DNA of 64,000 bases from an uncultured delta proteobacterium (GTDB lineage Bacteria; Myxococcota_A; Polyangia; Polyangiales; Polyangiaceae): NCBI GenBank assembly GCA_963716725.1, contig CAVQUB010000021.1, positions 288,001 to 352,000 of the forward strand, given 5' to 3'. The position numbers and the translations under genes were made by a program. Shown here one piece after another: positions 58,977 through 64,000 of the stretch (its first letter is position 1; each line of letters begins with the position of its first letter). The notes under the pieces are model-generated. The model saw nothing but the letters and a program-made list of their open reading frames with translations, ran no database searches and was not told the DNA's origin.

Positions 58977-60493
58977 GGCACGGCTTCGACGACGTGCGAG
59001 GCGGCTTCGACGTCGAGGCCGACGTGGTCGTGGTGGGCTCGGGCCCCGGAGGCGCCGTGGCCGCGGACAACCTCGCGCGCGCGGGCATGAAGGTCGTGGT
59101 GGTCGAGGCCGGGTCCGAGGTGCGGCCCGAAGACATGGTGCGGGACAGCCCGCGCTTCATGGCCCGTCACTACTGGGAGGGCGGCCTGCGCGTGATCCTC
59201 GGCACGGTCCCCAGCCCGTCGATGCACGGGCGCTGCCTGGGCGGCGGCAGCGTGGTTAACTCCGCCATCATGCTGCCCCTGCCCGGTTGGGTGCGGCAAG
59301 AGTGGCGTGACGAGAGCGGCGTCGCTCACTTCGACGGGCCGGAGCTCGACGCGGCTTACGCTCGCGTGTTCGCCCGTTGTCGCGTCTCACCGACGCCGAT
59401 GACGGTGTTCGGCCGGCGCAACCGCCTGGTGCGCGACGCCATCGAGGGCGTCGTGGGCGAGAAGGGAGGCGGGCTGCCGCGCGCGGTGGTCGACTGTGAA
59501 GGCAGCTCCGACTGCCTGACCGGCTGCGCCGGCGGGCGAAAGCAGTCGGTCGATCGCGTGTACCTGCCCACGGCGGAGGCGGCTGGCGCGGAGGTCTACA
59601 CGCACAGCCAAGTCGACCGCGTTCTGATCGAGGGCAAGCGGGCGGTGGGCGTGGAAGGCGACGTGATCGAGGTCCCGGGTTGGCAGAAGCGCGGGCGCTT
59701 CCGGGTGCGCGCCAAGATGGTGGTGCTGGCGGCCGGCACCATGAACACGCCGGTGCTCTTGCAGAAGAGTGGCGTCAACCCACGCGGCCTGGTGGGCGCG
59801 ACGCTCTTCGCCCACGTGGGCGGCGGGATCGTCGGCATCATGGACGAGGTCGTCGATCCCTGGGTGGGTGCCACCCAGGGCTGGGGCGCCATCTCGAAGG
59901 AGATCCGCGGCCTCAAGTACGAAGCACTGTGGGCCTCGCCCGGCCTGTTGATGGTGCGCTGGGGCGACGTCGGTCGGCGCTTCGTCGAGCGACTCGACGA
60001 GGTGAAACACGCGGTCGTGGTCGCGCTGGTCTACCGCGGCGACGTGCACGGCACGGTCAAGGCGACACGAAGCGGAGAGCCCAGCAGTCGGCTTTGGATC
60101 CCGGAGAAGAACGTGGCGCCGGTGATGCGCGGCATGAAGAACGCCGCCGATGCACTGCTCTCCCTCGGCGCTCGCTACGTGCACACCGGACTGGTGAGCG
60201 TGGTCGACGAGATGAGGAACGCGCGGGACACCGAGAGCCTGCTGTCGCCGAGGGTCAAAGCCAAGCACATGGCGATGACGATGAACCACACCTTCGGATC
60301 CTGCCGCATGACCGCCGATGACCGCGGGCCGGTCGATCCGGACGGCAAGCTGCGCGGGCTCGAGGGGCTGTATGTCTGCGACGCGAGCGTCTTCCCGAGC
60401 CCGAGCGCCGTGAACCCGCAGGCCACCATCATGGCCTTGTCCGACATCACGTCCCGCAAGCTGGGCGAGCTTTCGCTGTCCGAAGCGCCCTAG
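58973..60493 (+). CDS. GMC family oxidoreductase
   Basis: GSGPGG, GGGSVVN, LAAG...TP.LL, HTFGSCRM, DASVFP...VNP. Confidence 0.92.
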   Translation: MRHGFDDVRGGFDVEADVVVVGSGPGGAVAADNLARAGMKVVVVEAGSEVRPEDMVRDSPRFMARHYWEGGLRVILGTVPSPSMHGRCLGGGSVVNSAIMLPLPGWVRQEWRDESGVAHFDGPELDAAYARVFARCRVSPTPMTVFGRRNRLVRDAIEGVVGEKGGGLPRAVVDCEGSSDCLTGCAGGRKQSVDRVYLPTAEAAGAEVYTHSQVDRVLIEGKRAVGVEGDVIEVPGWQKRGRFRVRAKMVVLAAGTMNTPVLLQKSGVNPRGLVGATLFAHVGGGIVGIMDEVVDPWVGATQGWGAISKEIRGLKYEALWASPGLLMVRWGDVGRRFVERLDEVKHAVVVALVYRGDVHGTVKATRSGEPSSRLWIPEKNVAPVMRGMKNAADALLSLGARYVHTGLVSVVDEMRNARDTESLLSPRVKAKHMAMTMNHTFGSCRMTADDRGPVDPDGKLRGLEGLYVCDASVFPSPSAVNPQATIMALSDITSRKLGELSLSEAP

Positions 60494-60558
60494 TGCCGCG
60501 CGGCAGAAGTTTCGCTGGTTTCTTTTCCGTGTGCGTGTCGTCGGTGTAGTGGGGTGAC

Positions 60559-61215
60559 ATGATCGACTACAGCGCGTTCGCGGGCCGAGCGCACGGTGGT
60601 CGTCCGACGGTTCCGCTCGCGCTGAGGGCTGAAGAGCGCGCGCGGATCGAGGAGGCGTTGCGACCCGCCAGGGCGGAGCAGCGGCTGGTTCGTCGGGCGC
60701 AGGCCGTGTTGATGATGGCGGACGGAGTGCCTGCGACGGACATCGCCCGGCTCCTCGGGGTGCACGTGCGCACGGTGGACGACTGGCGCAAGCGCTTCGA
60801 CTGCGCGGCACCTAGCGAGAGACTGGCGGACGCCCCGCGCTCGGGACGGCCGCCCTCTCTCTCTCGGACACCGTAGCGGCTCGAGTAGAAGCAGAAGCGT
60901 GTCGACCGCCGAGCGACGTCGGCGTGCCCGTCACGCACTGGTCAGCGTCGTTGCTTGGCGTGCACGTTCGCGCGCAAGGAATTCAGATCAGCGACCGGTC
61001 GGTGGGCCGCATACTCAAGGATGCTGACCTGCAACCGCATCGGCAACAAATGTACCTGACTTCGCACGACGACGAGTTCAGGGGGAAGCGCGACGACGTG
61101 CTGCGCGTCTACTACGAGACGCCAAAGAAGGAGCACATCGTGTGCGTCGACGAGAAGACCGGCATCCAGGCGCTCGAACGCCGCTACGCTGACATTCCGA
61201 TGGTGGCCGGACAGC
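60559..61215 (+). pseudogene. IS630 transposase, frameshifted at ~60850 and truncated after the first catalytic Asp
   Basis: HTH (IARLLGV..RTV..WRKRF), DAPRSGRP, THWS, CVDEKTGIQALER; the remaining DDE residues are not recognisable. Confidence 0.85.
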
Positions 61216-61248
61216 AACTGTTTCGGAGTGAGGCCCGACCACACGGGG

Positions 61249-61744
61249 ATGGCACAGGAAGGGCGAAAGCTCGGAAGATTTGGGGATGGGACGGACGAGG
61301 TGATCGGTGCGCTGATCGAGGTGCATCGGCATCTCGGTCCAGGGCTGATGGAATCCGCATATGAGGCCTGTCTATCTGCCGAGCTGTCCGAACGACGGCT
61401 CAAGTTCGAGCGGCAGCGACCGCTACCAATCCGCTACAAAGGCGTACACCTTGACTGCGCCTATCGCCTCGACCTGGTCGCTTTCAGATCGTATCCTCCT
61501 GGAGCTCAAGGCGGTCGAGCGGCTGCTCCCGATTTACGAAGCGCAGGTCATCACCTATCTGCGCCTTTCGCGGTTGCCCGTCGGCCTGCTCGTCAACTTC
61601 AACGTGACCGCGCTCAGAAATGGCCTGCGGAGGCTAACGCCTGACCACCCCAAATCCTTCCGCTCTTCCGCCCTTCCTGTGAGAGCCCAAATGAGCGCAG
61701 GTCCCAGAGGCGAATCCACTCGAACTTCGGCCGCGCGGCACTAG
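61249..61744 (+). CDS. GxxExxY protein (PD-(D/E)XK fold) with a frameshift at ~61481
   Basis: VHRHLGPGLMESAYEACL, YRLDLV, then ELKAVE, AQVITYL, GLLVNF in the next frame. Confidence 0.85.
61253..61681. repeat. Imperfect ~33-bp inverted repeat framing the GxxExxY gene (61253-61285 / 61648-61681)
   Basis: CACAGGAAGGGCGAAAGCTCGGAAG-ATTTGGGG versus reverse complement CACAGGAAGGGCGGAAGAGCGGAAGGATTTGGGG. Confidence 0.85.
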
Positions 61745-61774
61745 CCACGGCCGAGCGCCGCGAAGGGCGACCGC

Positions 61775-62509
61775 TCACCAGCCGGAAGTGCCGCCGGCTC
61801 CAGCCTGCGGGACCCGCGAACCGGTCCCTCGAGCGCCGTCGGCAGGCCCATCTTTCTGCCGCGGCACAGCGGGCTCCACGCACATCGCAACGGACACGGA
61901 GGCATCGATGCTGACGCAGGTCTCCGGGACGCCGTCGCCGTCCGAATCGCGTACACCTGCGCTGAAGCCCGCGCTCACGCCGACGTCCACGCCGACCGAC
62001 ATCGAGTCGCTCCCTGACTGGTACTTCCACTCGATGCTGGCGACGCTGGCGCCCGCTCCGACGTTCAGGCCCTTGCTCCCGTCCGCGTTGTCGACCCCGC
62101 CGTACACCTTGGCGGCCAGCAGCTGAGCATTCACCGCCTGCGACTTGGAAAGGGGCACGGTGGCGTCGACCCCGGCGCCGCGCTCGTCCAGCTGGCGACC
62201 CGCTGCACCGCGCGAGCTGGTGGCTCCGAGCTGGAGCTGGGTGCCGTCCGGCGCGCGGCGGTCCACGATGGCGGTGCGAGCCTCTGGCCTAGCCTGCTTC
62301 TTCCCTGCGCCGTCCACCAGGGACTTCACGGCGCGTCCGTCGGGAGCAGGTTGCGCGGGGCCGGCAAGGGCGGGCTTCGACTCGGACTTCGCAACGGTCG
62401 GGCCGCTCGAGACCCGCACGGAACCGTCGCTTTCGGTGTAACCGCCTTGCAGAGACTCGTAGTCGCGGGGGTCTCGGGACTGGGGCGCGTACGCAATGCG
62501 GTCTGTCAT
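61775..62509 (-). CDS. Hypothetical Gly/Val-rich beta protein
   Basis: Open frame; alternating beta-strand pattern; DSDGDG motif. Confidence 0.55.
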   Translation of the reverse strand: MTDRIAYAPQSRDPRDYESLQGGYTESDGSVRVSSGPTVAKSESKPALAGPAQPAPDGRAVKSLVDGAGKKQARPEARTAIVDRRAPDGTQLQLGATSSRGAAGRQLDERGAGVDATVPLSKSQAVNAQLLAAKVYGGVDNADGSKGLNVGAGASVASIEWKYQSGSDSMSVGVDVGVSAGFSAGVRDSDGDGVPETCVSIDASVSVAMCVEPAVPRQKDGPADGARGTGSRVPQAGAGGTSGW

Positions 62510-62624
62510 GAGCCCTAGTCGTGACGCGCGTGGGACCGGTTGCGAACCAAATGCCGTAGCTCGAAGAATATCCGCGGTCGACGTCCGCTGGCGCGCCGCG
62601 CGCCCCTGCACTACCCATCGCGGC

Positions 62625-63137
62625 ATGAAGTCCCTGCTCTTGAACGGGATCACCCCCTATCACTGGGCCGTCGGCGGCCTGGGGATCGCGCTGGTGATGC
62701 TGAGCATGTTGTGGCTCACCAACCGGCGCTTGGGGGTCTCTACCGGCTTCGAGAGCCTCTGCTCGCTGGTGGTAAACGCTCCATATTTTCGGCGTTCGGA
62801 GCTGGTCGCGTCGAGGGGCTGGCGCTTGCCGATGCTGGTCGGTCTGGTGCTGGGTGGCGCGCTGTCTGCGGCGCTGGGCGGCGGTTGGGCGCCAACTTGG
62901 AACGCGGGCATGCTCGACGCCGTGTTCGGCCTAGGGCCTGCCGCGAAGGTGGCGCTGATGTTCGGCGGCGGACTGCTGATTGGCTTCGGCACGCGACTGG
63001 CGGGCGGCTGCACCAGCGGGCACGGCATGTTCGGCTTGTCGAACCTGGAGCCCGCGGGCTTGGTCAGCACGCTCAGCTTCATGGGCGCGGGCGTGGTGAC
63101 GACGACGATCGTGTATCGCGTGCTCGGGGGGCTCTAG
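62625..63137 (+). CDS. YeeE/YedE family sulfur-compound transporter subunit
   Basis: GGLLIGFGTRLAGGCTSGHG. Confidence 0.9.
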   Translation: MKSLLLNGITPYHWAVGGLGIALVMLSMLWLTNRRLGVSTGFESLCSLVVNAPYFRRSELVASRGWRLPMLVGLVLGGALSAALGGGWAPTWNAGMLDAVFGLGPAAKVALMFGGGLLIGFGTRLAGGCTSGHGMFGLSNLEPAGLVSTLSFMGAGVVTTTIVYRVLGGL

Positions 63138-63584
63138 ATGGCGCCGCTCTACCTGCTCTTCGGGGTCGTGTTCGGTTGGACCCTCAGCCGCAGCGGCGCC
63201 GCGGACTACGACTTGATCCAGAGGATGTTCCTGTTCCAGGACTTCCAGCTCTACGGCATCATGGGCACCGCGGTGGCCATCGCGGCGCCAGGGTTCTGGC
63301 TGATCAAGCGGCGAGGACGCACCCTGACCGGCGCTGCGGTCGCGATGGGCGAGAAGCCACGGCACCGCGGCAACGTGGTGGGCGGGGTGTTGTTCGGCAT
63401 CGGCTGGTCGATCACGGGCATGTGCCCGGGACCTATCTTGGTGAACATCGGCGAAGGCAAGCTACTGGCGCTGGCGGCCCTCGCGGGCACGCTGGTGGGC
63501 GCCGCGCTCTTCGGAGTGTCGTATCCGAAGCTGGCGCCGCGACTCGGGTTGCCGCCGCTCGCCCAAGGCACCGGGGATGGCTGA
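63138..63584 (+). CDS. YeeE/YedE family second subunit
   Basis: GGVLFGIGWSITGMCPGP. Confidence 0.88.
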   Translation: MAPLYLLFGVVFGWTLSRSGAADYDLIQRMFLFQDFQLYGIMGTAVAIAAPGFWLIKRRGRTLTGAAVAMGEKPRHRGNVVGGVLFGIGWSITGMCPGPILVNIGEGKLLALAALAGTLVGAALFGVSYPKLAPRLGLPPLAQGTGDG

Positions 63585-63619
63585 GCCCGCGCGCTCAAAC
63601 GGACGGTGCCCGAGCGAGT

Positions 63620-64000
<381 letters not shown>

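Larger units (their letters stand above)
60491..61743. mobile_element. IS630-family element, defective, carrying GxxExxY cargo
   Basis: Ends TAGTGCCGCGCGGCAGAAGTT (60491-60511) and AACTTCGGCCGCGCGGCACTA (61723-61743) are inverted with one mismatch; CTAG context and TA at both ends. Confidence 0.88.

Overview
GC-rich bacterial chromosome segment. The gene content (FrzS/AglZ-type pseudo-receiver, AgmX/GltJ-like protein, two Ser/Thr kinases, ECF sigma-FecR pair, many Cys-rich lipoproteins) suggests Myxococcota, probably Polyangiaceae-like; this is inference. It holds about 60 CDS, mostly housekeeping or envelope (iscS-like, PBP1A, Slt, priA, lysC, hisIE, thiolase, nucleoside salvage operon, infA paralogue), one tRNA-Arg(TCT) and one IS630 element. 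Several otherwise intact genes carry single-base frameshifts, probably assembly errors. The most interesting observations are: (1) a coupled three-gene operon encoding a CoA-disulfide reductase/rhodanese-like flavoprotein that has lost both catalytic cysteines and gained a CxxC, followed by two radical SAM enzymes; (2) an IS630 with intact ends whose catalytic region is replaced by a GxxExxY nuclease-fold gene framed by its own ~33-bp inverted repeats; (3) a hydrazine-synthase-alpha-like dihaem lipoprotein plus a secreted HEAT protein behind a sigma54-like promoter; (4) repeated -10 boxes 6-8 nt before start codons, suggesting widespread leaderless mRNAs. All family calls come from motif recognition by eye, not database searches.
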